A DNA stretch of 63,172 nt, filler included, from Olpidium bornovanus S191 (GCA_017911155.1; 30 parts of 30 records of this genome joined end to end with filler, not necessarily neighbours in it), one strand, 5' to 3'. Positions 11,365 to 27,241 are shown, counted from the first letter of the whole stretch. Notes: a model not told the origin generated them from the letters alone. Numbers and translations: made by a program.

Positions 11365-12119
11365 CTTTTTTTCTTTTTTTTTCCTTTTGGGGGGGGGGGN
11401 NNNNNNNNNNNNNNNNNNNNNNNNNNNNNNNNNNNNNNNNNNNTTAATTAATTAANNNNNNNNNNNNNNNNNNNNNNNNNNNNNNNNNNNNNNNNNNNNG
11501 AAACTCTGGCAGCAGGAGCGCCGGGAGAAGGTTTTGCATTTCGGGTACGGGTTTGCGGAACATCAAGGAGAAAGAGACGGCACTCCATAATCGAGTCGTC
11601 AATGACGAGTTCGTGGCATGGGCCGTAAGATTTGTCAATAGGTCCAAACAATCCGCATTATTGCTTGTCTGACGAAAGAAAGAGGAACTTTTGATGGAAC
11701 GACAGCGGCAGAGCCCAAAGCGTGGACGGCCAACGCATGATTTGACAGTGGAGGGTAAAAAAAATCTGATATAGCATGCTGTGGGTGATCAACCCCCGGC
11801 GTGTGACGAGAAGACTACAAGAAGAAAGGACAAGCATAAACTCACTCGAGCAGGCTGGCACGTGCTACATAAGGACTTCGTCTTCTGTACGCCTCTGTTT
11901 TGTTGTGGAGTAGCAGGAACCTTCCGAGGAGGAACGCCCTGTTTACTCCTGGCGGGCGCTGTTGTCACGTGACCTTCCGGGTGCTTACGACTCAGGCTCC
12001 AACAATTTTTTTTCTACTTTTGCGGTGCGCAAGCTGCGGGCCTGTGCTGCGTAGTAGGAACGCAGCGCAATTTTTAATTAATTGATTTCCGATTTACATC
12101 TTACTCGAACGCTACATAA

Positions 12120-12640
12120 CCTTGTAACCGGGTGGCCTGTGTTTCACGTTTGGTTATGTGTATTGGACGGTAAACGGAGAGTAGCGGAGAGTAGGGACCA
12201 AAGAGTGGTACCCAGTACATACAGCGTGTGTGAGGGGAGCAGTGTGGGGAAACAGCGCTTGACTACAACACTTCCCCCCAAGTGCAGAAGCTTGAAATGA
12301 AAACTCAGAAGCAGGATTGAAAACACATCAGAGGGGAGGAAGGCAGAGGCGAGGACGAAGGGCTAAGTATGTAGGTTTAGGGAGGGGCTTCGTCATAATG
12401 TCAGCAACAGTGTCAGCCGACGCAGTAGGGATGAGTTCAATAAGTTTGTCCTTGATGCTTTCCTTTGACGAAAGCCAGTCGAATGGCTATGTGCTTGGTG
12501 GGATTGGAAAATTGGTTGGGTTGTGTAGTGAGACGTTGGAGGAGGGAGGACTTCGGAGTCTATTCAGGTGTGCCTGGGGGCCCGACTGGCTATATCGGTA
12601 CAGGTCACGTGCCAGTCAAGGCCGAGGCTGACCACTACAA
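12120..12640 (-). mobile_element. Degenerate Ty1/copia LTR retrotransposon 3' end (RNase H tail, polypurine tract, start of 3' LTR)
   Basis: Frameshifted minus-strand peptide NPTKHIAIRLAFVK/ESIKDKLIELIPTASADTVADIMTKPLPKPTYLALRPRLCL matches the copia RNase H end TKHIDIR...ADILTKPL. TGA at 12330-12328, PPT TTGGGGGGAAG (12281-12271), then LTR start TGTTG at 12270. The distal LTR end is unresolved. Confidence 0.85.
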
Positions 12641-15600
12641 TCCCCCCCCTCTACAGAGACGCGCGTCCCCGCGCGGTATCAAGCGACGAGGGACGGAAAT
12701 GACGACGGAGGGCGGTCGACGAGAGGACGTTCGAGGAGAGAGAGAGAAAAGCAAGAGAAAGAAGAAAAAAAACAGAATGGGAAGCTAGCCGCACCAAAAA
12801 CCTAATCCGTCATCTCCTTTTTGCCCTGGAGGGAAAAGCGTACTAGCAGGACGGGAGCTAATCGACGGGGAGTAAACTTGCGCTGGTCGACGACGACTCG
12901 GCAGCTGCTCAATGCAAAGTAAGCAGATCGAAAGCAACAAGCGACCACACATGAATCGACCAGCCATCGAGGGACGACGATGGGAAGGACGATAAACCAT
13001 CGAGATGAGAATCCGTGACCACTCCGACGTGGGAACTCGAAGGATCAGGTGGCCAAACCGTCACCCGCGAGACCCCATCGAACGATGGTTAGTCGTCGAT
13101 GTGTCATTGTGCGAAAGCCGTTTGAGGTGCAACAATGCTCGGAGGACGACGAGCGGGAATTTCGTGATGAGTCGACGGTAGCCGGGGGCACCCGGGGTAC
13201 CGAGGCCACGGGGAGACCAATACAGCGACATCGAAATTATGATCGATGCGCTTTTGGGAAAATAGGTGGGCAGTTGAGGACAGGCGGCGCCGGCCCTTGT
13301 GGAAAGTCGTTGTTCCAGCTCTTGCGCTCGAAACTCCAAAACCCAGTCTCTAAATTCCAGTTCTCGCGAGCGTTCTCTCCGTCTCCCGTTTTCTTTCCCT
13401 CTCTAATTCGCTCTGGGGTTCGTTTGTTCTACGACTATATCGCTACTCGAGGACGCGTTCGTTCTATTCCGCGAGAGTTTTCGCCGTGCGTGGGCGTTCG
13501 GGGGGGGGGGGTCGTTCCCGAAATTTTTGGAGGGCGGGGCGGGAGAAGAAAATTTTTTGGGGGGGAAACCATACGGGTCTCGAGTCACAACGCGTAATCC
13601 TTCTTCTTCCGCAGCCTCACGTTCAGCCCAATCTTTTATCGATAGTCGCCTTGAGCTTCTCGCTTCACAACAGCCGACCCCCCGGGACTGACGAGCTTGT
13701 TTCGGCAGTCACGGTGTATCACGTGGCCGCCAGCTTTTTTTGGGTTTTAACGAGTTGGTTTTGGCTCCACCAACGCCACTCGCCCCATGCCGTTACCANN
13801 NNNNNNNNNNNNNNNNNNNNNNNNNNNNNNNNNNNNNNNNNNTTAATTAATTAANNNNNNNNNNNNNNNNNNNNNNNNNNNNNNNNNNNNNNNNNNNNAA
13901 ATCGCAAAAGTACACGATATTTTCGGAGACTTCGACGGGCCGCAAATCCCCAAAATTATCGTTTTACTCGGCGATGAATTTTCCAGCACTCAGACGGAAA
14001 TCGCTGCTACGCTGCATGGCGGTCATAACTGCCACAGGAAAGGTGCACCGAGCACCAATCAAAATGCGAGCGTTTCAGCCTGATTGGCGTGCACCACCGA
14101 GACGAGTGTCGCCGAACTACATCACTGCTCGCTGTAGTTTACGCTCCTGTTATTTCCGAGGACGTCACTCCGAAATGGCAGCCTAACGTAAGACAACTTT
14201 TTCACGTAACCGATTGGTGCTTCAGTGCAAACGAGCACCGTGCGAGGGAAGGTGACAGCGGAGGCGAACGCCGGCTTGCACCCCTTTGCTGCGCCCTTGC
14301 CGGTTACATCAAGTCTGATGAAAAGTGGTCTGCTGCGTCAGGAAAGAGACTGCCTTCCCCTGCAGAGCACCACCGGCTCGGTAGGAAGGAACTTAGAATG
14401 ACTTTCCGGACGCCGAGCAAAGGCGGTGCTGGTGCTTCCCTCCCCCCCCCCCCCCACCCCCTCTTTCCCTCCTCGGCGTGCGACAGCGGCAGCTCAGTTT
14501 GTGTGTTGCGCGTGCACCGTAGCGCAACAACAGCGGGGACAACAACCGTTCCTTCGGTTTTGATCGAGGATCATTTTCCGCCCGCCGGATTTTTTATCGT
14601 CGTCGAGCACAGGAAGGATGGTTGGAGAAGAGGGGACAGAATGGGAGCACAGGGACGGGTCGAAAGGCTTGGAGCCCCCTGAGGGAGACGTGAGACCGCC
14701 GAGGCCCTGCGAAAGGATCTTGTCTTCCTTTTCAAAGAAAGGTGTCCAGAGGCTTGGACAAGGCTGGGCTGGCAGGCCGGCGAACACATTGGAGAACGGC
14801 TTCTCGAGAAATGTTGGCTGAAACTCCTTTGTGAAGGAGACTCCGAAGTCAGAACCATCAGTTTAGGACTGCCCGTTCAGTTTTTCAGTTTTCCGGTTTT
14901 GAGAATTGTTTTCTACCATGGCCAGCGGTCTTTTCTCACGGCAACAGTGTATAGCATCTGAGAGGACACCTGTAATACCTTGCCGTATGACTCGCTAGGA
15001 ATGGTCATCTTGGAGTTTTACTTTTCGCCCTCGCAACACTGGACACTGCCAGTGGGAAAATTGCTGGTCCAAGTCTTTTCGCCGCACAAAAAGCAACCAG
15101 GCTTACTGTCTTTTGCAAAAGGCAAAAACCTGAAAATGAGAACAGTTCCGGCTTTGCAGAATCTTTCGGGAGGCTCCATCTTTTACAGGCTGGCTTTATA
15201 CGCTAAGCCCGTCGCAATCCACAAGGTAAACTCGCGAAAGTGACGCCCGCTCTTGAGGGGGTCTGACACTGAAAAAATTCGAGGGTTGAAGCCGTCGAAG
15301 AGGGACGGGGAAATATCGTTATATCCGCTGAACCACCATAATGTCTACTGGTGGTGAGGATCTTAGAATGACGAATCCAGCAGACGGCGGTGCATGCTTG
15401 TCTGACAGGACTATAGAATGAGCCTTTGGAAAAGGTGGATGATAGCAGGCAAATGCAGCCATTGACTCTGCTACGGGGAAGCAAAGGACCGCACGCGGTC
15501 CCCGGGGATAAAAGGGACCACTTGGCCGGCAGGGGTCGCAGAGACGGCTGGTGGGCAATGCAGACGCATAGGGGAGCAAAAAGGGGAAGTCAATGCCATC

Positions 15601-16098
15601 GCTGCCGGTGCAACGACGCGGCGGGACTCTGCCGGTTAAAAAGGGTCGCGCACGGTCAAGTGCTCGGCGGGACCGACTGAGGGTTGTGCGCGATGGAAAA
15701 CGTCCCATCCGCATTTTGCGCATTTCGGAGTTTGCATTCAGTGCCTGGCTCCACATCTCTGCCGAGACGTCTGCCTTCGGAATTCGCGCTTAAAATCATC
15801 CCTGCATCTGCTTTGGCACGGAATGCGCCATCGCAATTTTCCCCCGTGTCTGCATTCTCTTCTGCCTTCGCATTTGCCTTTCAATTTGCCTTCTCAGCCG
15901 CCTTTGGAAGCCAATATAAATACGCCTAGATTAGACATATAAATGCTATTATGTATAATCTGCAGGTAAAGTATAAAGTNNNNNNNNNNNNNNNNNNNNN
16001 NNNNNNNNNNNNNNNNNNNNNNNTTAATTAATTAANNNNNNNNNNNNNNNNNNNNNNNNNNNNNNNNNNNNNNNNNNNNACCCCTTTTTCCCCCCCCC

Positions 16099-16136
<38 letters not shown>

Positions 16137-18125
16137 TTCCGGGAATTTTTCGTCCGCGTCAGCCGCCTGCTGCTCCTGCCGTCCAACCGGACGACCGGCC
16201 GTCGGCTCACCGCCCGCGAGCTGTCGTCGTCCATTTGCCCTTGCCCGTCGCCCGTCGCCGTCGGCGGCAAAAGTGTTGGCGAGCGAAAGCAGCGGACAAG
16301 GAACACAAAAAAAACACAAAAAAAAAAAGCGAGCGGAGCTAAAAAGCCGGCGCCGACGGTGGTGAAACGCGCAACCTATCGGACGGCGCCGGGCGACGGT
16401 GTACGGCAGCCGACCGGCGGCGACAGCCGATGGGACTTGCGGCGGGAAGGTGACGGGAAACCGACGGTGTTGACGGCGGCAGCAACGGTTGAATTCTGGC
16501 AGCAGGCAGGTGACGAAATGACGTCAGGCGACCACAGCTGACGGGCGAGCTGACCTTGGCGGCGGCGCCTGCGGCAGCGGGACGGGTGGCGACAAGCAGA
16601 CAGCAGAAAGCGGGCAGCAGACAACGGACGTTGGCCAGCCGACGGCGAGCGACGGCAGTCGACCGCCGACGGGAGGTGACTGCGGCGAGGCCAGCGGGCG
16701 GCACGCGATCGTTATGTCCTCAGCGCGCAATTCTCGGATGATGGTGTCGGCCGCCATTCAGGTTCTCTCTCTCGAAGTAGGCTGTGAGAGGTATGGATAA
16801 AGGGCCGCCCCCGCGTCGGCAGATTCTCCCGTCACCAAGGACTTAGAAAAATAATTAAAAAAACAATTTTCCGGTCGAAAAATCGGGGGTGGACACAATG
16901 GTTCTCCCGCGCGAATGCCGCCGCCTTCTTGCCAGCTTCCCGCGGGTTCGCGAAAGATTCGCACGCAAAGCGGAAATGCGCGTCTACGCAGCGGGAATTC
17001 GGGCGCTCTCGTTTTCTTGACTTGAGCCGGCGTCCGGGGACTTCCCGATTTGAGATTCTGGAAATTTACGCCGTCCCGGTCGCGTCAAGCGTTCGGCCCG
17101 ACTCCTCCTCGAGTATAGGCGCGGTTCGCGGCTGGCGGCGCGCAGTCACGTACCCCAATCTTCGTAGCGACGCGCCCGGTACGGGTCTATGCGCCTTAGA
17201 TTTCGGACAATTTCGACGCACTCTCCCGTGGCGTCTTCGCCGCCTGCTTTCTGTAGCTCGGTGAGGAGGTGCGCGAGGGATTGTAATATCCCTGGTACCG
17301 CACGGTTGGCGTTCGCAGAAGCACGGACACGAGGGAAAAAACCAGCAAAAGCATCGGGAAAAGGGGTCGGAGGCCCAACGCACATTTTGAATTTCCCTCT
17401 AATTCCAGGAGTTCCCGGATGACTTTTATCTCGCCCTGCAGCAGTAATCTCCGGTGCTCCAGCGAAGCCTGATCATCCTTTCTTGAATCTGTTCGACGCG
17501 CCACCCGGCAGTTTTCCCCGGTCAGAGACATTCGGAAATTGCTGCAAACCCCTCGTTTCGCGCAACTTTCCGCAGCACCTCACCCCTGTCCCGGCCGATG
17601 AGCCACCTGTGATACAGCCACGCCGACTGGTCATCAGGGTCAGTATAAATTGCGGACTTGACAAGCTCAAACTCTGCGAACCACCCAAAAAAATTGGTGG
17701 GTGGGCAGCATATATTAGCAGCATGCTTATCAGTAAACTAATGCGGGGGGACGCCGACGTAACTCTAATCGCATCGGAACGCCAACAAAACCACTCTTAC
17801 CGTCTTCCAACCCTTTTCGCAGGGCATCAGCGCCGCCGGCCGCCTCTATCCGATCCAACAGCTTGGAACGGTAGTGCCACGCTGAGTAATTGCTGAAGCT
17901 TTCCGCTATCTTCTTCGACGTGAAAAGGAGCNNNNNNNNNNNNNNNNNNNNNNNNNNNNNNNNNNNNNNNNNNNNTTAATTAATTAANNNNNNNNNNNNN
18001 NNNNNNNNNNNNNNNNNNNNNNNNNNNNNNNCTCCAGACCCAGACCCAGAGCTAGACGGCGAATACAAATCTCCAGATAGCGCTACGCGCAGATTACGTA
18101 TTTCGCACGTTACACCCCCCCCTCT

Positions 18126-18159
<34 letters not shown>

Positions 18160-18479
18160 TTGAGGGCCAAGTTCGCAGTTCAACGCAGCGGCTCGGCTAG
18201 CCAGAGAAATCTCGAAATCTCGCCTCCGGCGGTTTCGCTCAGTGAGTTCGCCCCGGGCGGCATCACGGCTCCTTCGTCCGGAAAGCCCTTTTCTCGGGCC
18301 GGCCCCAGAATAACGTCTTTTTCTTTTCTTCCGGTAAGATCAGGGCGAGGGGAAAGGGGGGGAATTGGGGGGGGGGGCCATCACGTCATTTTTCCTCAAA
18401 TTTCATCCCCCGAACTAGAATCTATTGGTGTAATTGCACCGGGTTACCTGCCAGTTTGCCCTCGGTGGTAAATTTAAAA

Positions 18480-18670
18480 TACCCTTTGCATAGGATACCT
18501 CTTGTTTGTTCTTGGTATCAACTGAAAGGCCCTCTTTGTATATATGATACTTCTGCAATGCTAGAGACTAGATGAAAACACCGGCATTTCCACGTCTAGG
18601 CATCGAAACGGGCCAGTACTACGTTTGCTATGAATGATCTCGGCCCTCTTTGTATATGACACTTCTGAAT
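18480..18670. repeat. Degenerate direct repeats in an AT-rich intergenic stretch
   Basis: GGCCCTCTTTGTATATATGATACTTCTGCAATG near 18528 and GGCCCTCTTTTGTATATGACACTTCTGAATTG near 18642, with a weaker copy near 18482. Confidence 0.5.
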
Positions 18671-19053
18671 TGTAGGTAGACAGTTTTTAGGAGTCTTTTG
18701 TCTTTCTTTTCGCTTTTATTAGAGAAGTAGAAGTACAAGAACAGGGAAAAAGTATTCGCGACTTGGCGGGTTTTCTTCTGGGAAGTTGGGTTGAGAAAGA
18801 GAAACCCTGCAACGAGTGAGGCTTGCTATCTATGCTCACCACCGTTGCCCAACCGCTGCACCCATGGTTGCGGTTGCCCGTTTGTGCCGGTTGACCATGG
18901 CGCTTGGACCATGGTTAACGCGTGGCGTTCACGAGGCCCGCCGTTTCGGCCGCCTCGGCCGCTTCCATGGTCACGCGGCCGCCGTCGCGGCCCCTTGTCC
19001 GCCGGGGCGGCCACCTTGGCCGCGTCCATGGTCACGCGGCGCCTTTTTCGGAA

Positions 19054-19085
19054 GGAGGTCTCGGAGGTCTCGGAGGTCTCGGAGG
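19054..19085. repeat. 9-bp tandem repeat (GGAGGTCTC)x3.5
   Basis: Directly visible in the sequence. Confidence 0.9.
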
Positions 19086-21423
19086 GAGGGGTTCTGCCCG
19101 CGTGGCCCGGCAAGAGGGCGGCTCTGGGGAAGCGTCCGTGTGGCTGGGAAGTTCCCCCTCCCCCCTTGCCTGCTCGCGTTGGGCTGCAGGCAATGGAGAT
19201 TCGCCCACCCAGAAAGGTCCGAAACTCATCCCCCAATTGGCTCCGGAGAGCCGCCACCCCACGTGGTTTCTTCCCACACCGACGCAAAAGTGCCCAGTGT
19301 CGAACCAGGAAAAAAGCTAATATTGGAATATAATATACTATATTTATAACCTATTGGATTTAAACCAATACGAAAAAAAAAAAAAAAAAAAATCCGGTAC
19401 TGCGTATAAAAACCGCGCGGTCTCGCAGGGTTTTTGCACCTCACTTCACCAGCACCATAAAAAGTCCACCCAATAAAAGTTTCCTTCTTGCTGTGCACGT
19501 TTCACTCTTCCCCTTAGCACGGTCCTAATCTTCACCCTCACCCCCCTCATCATGANNNNNNNNNNNNNNNNNNNNNNNNNNNNNNNNNNNNNNNNNNNNT
19601 TAATTAATTAANNNNNNNNNNNNNNNNNNNNNNNNNNNNNNNNNNNNNNNNNNNNCAGGGGGGAGATAGTGCACTGCGCCCACCCGGGTTTTCCCCTGAA
19701 ATCCTCTCTATAAAGTAGGGTAGATTCCCGGAATAGAGCAGCTCCCGCGAGCTCCTTTCGAACGCAGAATTCAAGACGGGTAGAGGGGGGGGGGGGGCGG
19801 TGAAAGACAACGAATCCAGGGCGGAAGCCCCGCCTCGGATTTGCCTTTTGGAGGGGAAGAGGCGTAAAGACCCACCATCCGCCTCCACCCCTCACCCCCC
19901 CCAACCCTCCTTTGCCCCGTCCGCGTAATTATTATTTTTTGCTTTTTTTTTTAAAAAAACAAAACATCCGGAAGGGAGAGGAGGGAGGTGGGGCTTGTTG
20001 TGAACGGTTCGTGCTTTCGGCCAGGGTTTCTTGTGCGCCTCCACCCATTCGGACAGGCGGTCCCGAGCAGGACGGGGGCGTGTTGGTTATGCGCAGACGG
20101 ACGGAGAGGAAGTGGCGGAAGAGGTGGCGTCTCGCCGCTTCCGTCCGGTTTTCCCCCTATGAATTTGTGTTTGGGTGGGGCAAGCGGGGTCGCGGATGGG
20201 CGGCAAGCGGACCCGGACCCCCCCTCTCGCCCCTTCCTTGACTTCGACCGCTCTCTCAGGCAAAAACCGTTTGAATCCCCACGCCCGGCCAGCCGAGCAA
20301 AAAGCAACCGACCTCGCGGCGGCCAGCTGGCCAACTTTCAGAAGCAGGAGGGCGCAATCAACAGATGAGCTCGCAGGCGCTGTCGAAACGCCCGTTCGCC
20401 CTTTACAGCTGGATTTCGGCCGAAAAGACAACAATTGTAGAGCTGCGGTGTTGTGAACCGTATGATGCGCTCAACGGCCCACGCGACCATAAACATGCTT
20501 TTGCCAGGAGGAGGAGCCGGGATATCCGGCTTCCTCCCCTTCGGCCACGACAGCAAACAAAGGAGAGAAGAAAGGAAGACGGGAAGAAGAGAGCGAATCG
20601 CGACAGAATACAGACGCGCTCGAACCGTAAACCAAAAAAAGAAGGAAAAAAAAAAGCAATATACCGTCCCGGCCTCCTTCGAGGGGCGCACCCCGATCGG
20701 GAGGGGGTTGTGTCTCCTTCTGGCGCGCAGTCCGGAAGCCCGGAGGGGGAATATGCGTCTGTCCGTCTGGTGGGCGTCCCGCGGGCCCTCGAAAACGAGC
20801 GTGACCCCTTCTGTGGGGCGCGCCCGTCCCTTGGGGCGACCCGCCGAGTTGCTGCCGACACGCTCAGATTTTTAGACCCCGCGCTCAATGCCGTTTGGAG
20901 GAGGCGTGCGCGGCCGAGGAGCCTTGGTCTTCTGCGGATCGTACTGTGCCCCGTGTGCATTGTGACATCACGAGCTCACACAGGCCGCGGGGCGAGGGAT
21001 CGCAAGGAACACATCGTACTACGGCCATGTCACGGTTCGCGAACACTTCGTGCACCAGGCAGTCGCCGGCGGGATTGTCCGCACAGCTCGGGTACCAGCT
21101 CGGTTTAACACCGCCGGCGTTCTGGCATTCAAGAAGGGGCGAAGCAAATATCGGTATCTCTCGTCCGGCTCATAAACTACACTTTTACGGAGACGGAAAT
21201 AATACATGCGAAGTGTGGGCCCGACAGGACGGTGCAATATGTGTGCGAATTACGTGCTGTCATCCTTTCCCCCTACCACCCCCCTCCCCCTTCACGTTCT
21301 CAGCAGTCCCCACCACCGTCATGNNNNNNNNNNNNNNNNNNNNNNNNNNNNNNNNNNNNNNNNNNNNTTAATTAATTAANNNNNNNNNNNNNNNNNNNNN
21401 NNNNNNNNNNNNNNNNNNNNNNN

Positions 21424-22855
<1,432 letters not shown>

Positions 22856-22974
22856 AACTCTCCGTCGGCCGGACCCGAGAGAAAGCGGAGTCGCAGACTG
22901 GACGACCGTCGGCTGCGGTTGTTGCGCACTTCTTCCCGGGTGATGGGCGGAAGAGGGGATATCAAAAGTCCTCA

Positions 22975-22984
22975 ATCACGTGAC
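22975..22984. promoter_or_regulatory. E-box ATCACGTGAC upstream of TAH18
   Basis: About 120 bp upstream of the putative ATG at 22855. The same core TCACGTGA also occurs at 7062, 11965, 54032 and 60341. Confidence 0.4.
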
Positions 22985-23149
22985 TTTTTGTGACGCAAAT
23001 TCTATCTCACGTTGCCACCCGAAAATGAAACGATCCGCTCTACCGCGAGAAAGAATGAAAAAAAAAAAAAAAATCTGCTTCCGGCCCAATATGCTCCGAT
23101 CCCTCCGCTGGCGGGGGCACATCCGGCCGGAAGGGGGGGGCAGCTTCGT

Positions 23150-23198
<49 letters not shown>

Positions 23199-23325
23199 CC
23201 CCAAAGNNNNNNNNNNNNNNNNNNNNNNNNNNNNNNNNNNNNNNNNNNNNTTAATTAATTAANNNNNNNNNNNNNNNNNNNNNNNNNNNNNNNNNNNNNN
23301 NNNNNNGGGGGGGGGGGGGGGGCGC

Positions 23326-23383
<58 letters not shown>

Positions 23384-24440
23384 GTTCCTCGTAAGCGGTT
23401 GTTTTAATTTTTACAGCCGACCCGAAAGATCACCAGAGTCCTCCTCGCCCCGCGGCCAGCCAACCGCAAAAAAAAAAAACGAGTCGCCCTCTTCGCAGTT
23501 CTTCCCCTTCCGCATTGGCTGTGGGATTCACCGGCCGAGAAAGGGCGCGTCGAAGCGCTCCTTCCTTCCTCGATACCGTCTGCCTTTTCTGCCACCCGTG
23601 AAACCAAAATAAAAAGGACAGTACAATAACCCGTACCCCCGTGTTGTCCTTTGAAGGAAGGACGGAAAAGGGGTATAAGGCGCGCGAACGAAGGAACGAA
23701 GAGAAACCCCCCAAACTCGCCAAGTATCTCGGACAGCCGCGCCTAGCCGCTAAACGGTCCTGGCCCACTCCTCTCGCCCTTGAATCCTGCATAAAAAGAA
23801 ACAAAACAACAACGAAAAAAAAAACATAAAATAAAACGCGCGCAGTTGCTTTTGATTTTTGGGGGAATGCATCTTTCCGACCGCAGCGGGATTTCTCCCC
23901 AAAATAAATAAATTTTAAAAAACACCAAAACACGCGCGCAAGAAAGCTGTTCCAAGCGGCCGTCGCGCGCCGGCGGGTTTTTTTTTTTTTTTTTTTTTTA
24001 AAAAAAAAATTTCACAACGGAGCAAAAACCCCCGCGAAATTTGAAAAAATAAACGGGCGGTCGCGCTCTGACTTTTCCGCCAAGCCGAGCGCACCGCCCT
24101 CGGTCTAAAAAGAGCTTGGCCCACCCCCCGTCATGTTTTAAATTCGGCCACATTTCGGACGACGGGGCGGGGTGCGGCGTCGCGGCCGTTCGGACAGCCG
24201 GGTGTGCCGCGGATTCACACATGTCCCTTAGGTTCTCGCCGGCGCGTTCGGTCCGCAGCAGGGGCAGCTTTATTGCGCAGGCCCGCACTACCTGAAGCAC
24301 GCCCCGGCCCGTCCTTGTCGCAAGAGACGTCAGAACGACCNNNNNNNNNNNNNNNNNNNNNNNNNNNNNNNNNNNNNNNNNNNNTTAATTAATTAANNNN
24401 NNNNNNNNNNNNNNNNNNNNNNNNNNNNNNNNNNNNNNNN

Positions 24441-27192
24441 ACTGTCCCATCGGTCTGGGGACCTCGATCTGCTGGAACGGCGGCGAAGGTCCCGGGCGCC
24501 GGAATCCCTCTCGATCGACCTCCCGTGGGCCGAGGCGCCGACCGCGCCGCCCGGTCCCATGATGCCTCCGGCCGCCATGCCGCGAGACGCCGCCATCATC
24601 ATGGCCGTCACGCTGCTGTCCCCGCCCGCGGCCGCGCCGGGAGAGGCCGCGGCGGCGGCGGCGCTGCCGCCGTACACGTCGTACCCGCCAACCATGGCGC
24701 CCGTCGACCCGGCCGCGGACGCGGGGACTGCGCCGGGAAACCAGCCCCCGGGGCGCCCCGAGGCCGCGGCGGCGGCGGCGGCCGCCTGCCAGTTGAACCC
24801 GCTCGCGGCCATCCGCTGGTAGTAGGCCATCAGCGCGGCCGGGTTGTACATGCCCTGGTAGGCCGCGGCGGCGGCGGCGGCGCCCGGGAAGCCGTAGAAC
24901 GCGCCAGCGCCGGACGCGGGCGCCGCAGGGGAAGCGGCGGCGGCGTTGGCCGAGCCGTACATCTGCGCCATCCAGTTCTTCGCCGCTCCTCCCATCCCCA
25001 TCACCCCGGCCGCGCCGCCGTACATCGCGGCGGCGGCGGCGGCGGCGGCGGCCGGGTTCGCCGCGTACGCCGGGCGGCTGGGGACGCTCCCGGAGAGGCT
25101 CAGCTTACCCACTGTCGAACTGCGTGAGTCGGAGACAAAGGTCGGTATCACGGAGCTCCCGGGAAACGCGGCGTTGGCCATCTCTCGCGCCTGCTTCGCC
25201 TGCAGAGCTTTGTGTTTCGGCATAGCTCGACGGACTTCGATCTGGCACAGAAAATTGGCGTGACGGCGGAGGGTCAGACGGGAAACCAGGCCGCCGTCAA
25301 AAAACAGGACTAGAAGCAGGAAGCGAATCCTAACGTCGACGCACAGCTTTGCCTTTTAACACCAGGTCGCGCCTCGCCACGAGCTCTTCGACCATCACGT
25401 CACTTTCGAACGTCACGAAGCCGAAGCCTCTCGGGCGGCCGGTATCCCGGTCGATCATGAGAGTGGTGTCGATGACCTTCCCAAACTGGTTGAAGAAGGC
25501 CGTGAGGTCCTCTTCGAAGACGTCCGGGGAAATGCCGCCCACAAATATCTTTTCGGTGAGCACTTGCTCTTCGCGCGGAATAGCTCTTTTCGGGTCCACC
25601 TGTCCGACGTAATTCGGATGAGTTTCCGTTCCCGCATCATGCCTCCTGCACGGTTCAGTCTCCTTGGTTCTGAAGCGCCATCGGCGCTTCCGGTCGCAAA
25701 AGAAAAAAAAATCAGGGCCGGCCATGGCATACCCTTTTCCCATCAAGAAAGTGTTCGGCAGCTAGCATCGTCGGCACGACGTCTGGGTCTGCGTACGTCA
25801 AAAAACCAAACCCTCGCGATTTAAGTGTCACTGGTTCCTTCATCACCGAGCAGTCCAGGACTTCGCCCCACTTGGAGAAATAGGCTCGCATGGATTCTAA
25901 ATGAAACGGACGAACAAATGACGACACGGGTTGATGAAATAAATGAATCCGAAGCGGGTGGGGGGGCGGGTGGGGGGGGGGGGGGGGGGGAGGGAAACGG
26001 ACACCGGGCAGTACGGAAGAAATGTGTAAGCAAAGTAGGCACATATAGAAGCGCGTAACAGTACTTGCTATGAGTGTGGCGCTATGTGACTTCTGCTGGT
26101 GCCTCTAGTCGAGGACGTCTGCTTGGCTATATTTGCCGTATCCACGTCCATGCTCTACAAAACGCGTGAGCACCATCCGGCACGCCCCTCGCCACACACA
26201 AGACGGACGGAGGTCCTCCCTCAAACCAAGCGCGTCTCCAACGCATCCCCGTACCGGCTAAGAATTTTTCTCCTTAATCGTGGTTACAGAATGGCAGTAC
26301 ATGAACCGGGCGGCAAGGCACTCTTACCGTCTGTAGTCTCCCAGTTCAAGCCACCTACGAAGATTTTGCTATGATATTTGATTTTCGTGGCAAATAATCA
26401 TGTACGTGTGCACGCAGCGAATGTTTGAATAAAGGTTTTGGTAAAGATAAGGTTAGCTACATACACGACTCGTACTTATGAAGGAGAGTTAGAGGATAAA
26501 GGACGAACAAACGTCGCTAGCGTCATTTCCAACGATAATTGCAGCTGATTCTACTTGAATTTGTCCGGTGGCTATTTGTGGGGTTCGAGGCTACGCTGAT
26601 TTTTCTCGCAAATTGTATATGAACAGGTAACGTCGCTTTCGTGGAAAACCAGCCCCGCACCGCACGCGGACCAACCGCTCAAGACCGGCAGCTGCGGCGT
26701 GCCGCTCGGTGCACAAGCCACAGGCGCAAAAGAAAGCAGGGAAGTGAAAACTTCCGACGGGAACGACAACGACAAAGACAAAAAAAAATAGCTATTGCGA
26801 CAAACTTGGGTTTTTTTTTTCCCGTGCTCTGCGCAGGCGAACGCGCACCGAAGCACGCCATATCCAACGCGAAACAAAAATAAAGGGAAATAAAAAGGAA
26901 AAAAAGAACGCAAAAATGGAGCTAGAGAAACGTTCCCCGTGATGCCGGCCGGCAAGCTTACCCGGCGTCTTCACGCGGTATTTCCCTGTGGGTGTGACGG
27001 CCTGCCGACTCCGCTGCATGACCGTGGCTGGCGTGGTCCGCTGGGTCAGCCTTCATGGCGACTTCCGGCTTGGGCGGCAACGCGTGCACCATGTGGTACA
27101 TGCCCCTGCCGTCACCGCGCGAAGACGGATGGTGTGCGGACGACGGCCGGCTGGCGTGGGCCTGTAGCTGCGGATGCGGTTGCTGCTGCTGT

Positions 27193-27241
<49 letters not shown>

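Noticed and set aside
11500-11860. Possible Tc1/pogo transposase remnant (KVLHFG/ISGTGLRNIKEKE; KRGRPTHDLTVEGKKNLI)
   Set aside because: Only vague HTH and GRP-like resemblance across frameshifts and stops; no DDE motif or terminal inverted repeats seen.
16141-16690. GACGGC-rich tracts in opposite orientation on either side of 16300
   Set aside because: The similarity is explainable by low-complexity GC-rich composition, and no alignable inverted repeat could be defined.
13899-21323. Numerous 60-250 aa ORFs on contigs 7-10
   Set aside because: No recognisable motifs or consistent exon structure, so they are left unannotated.
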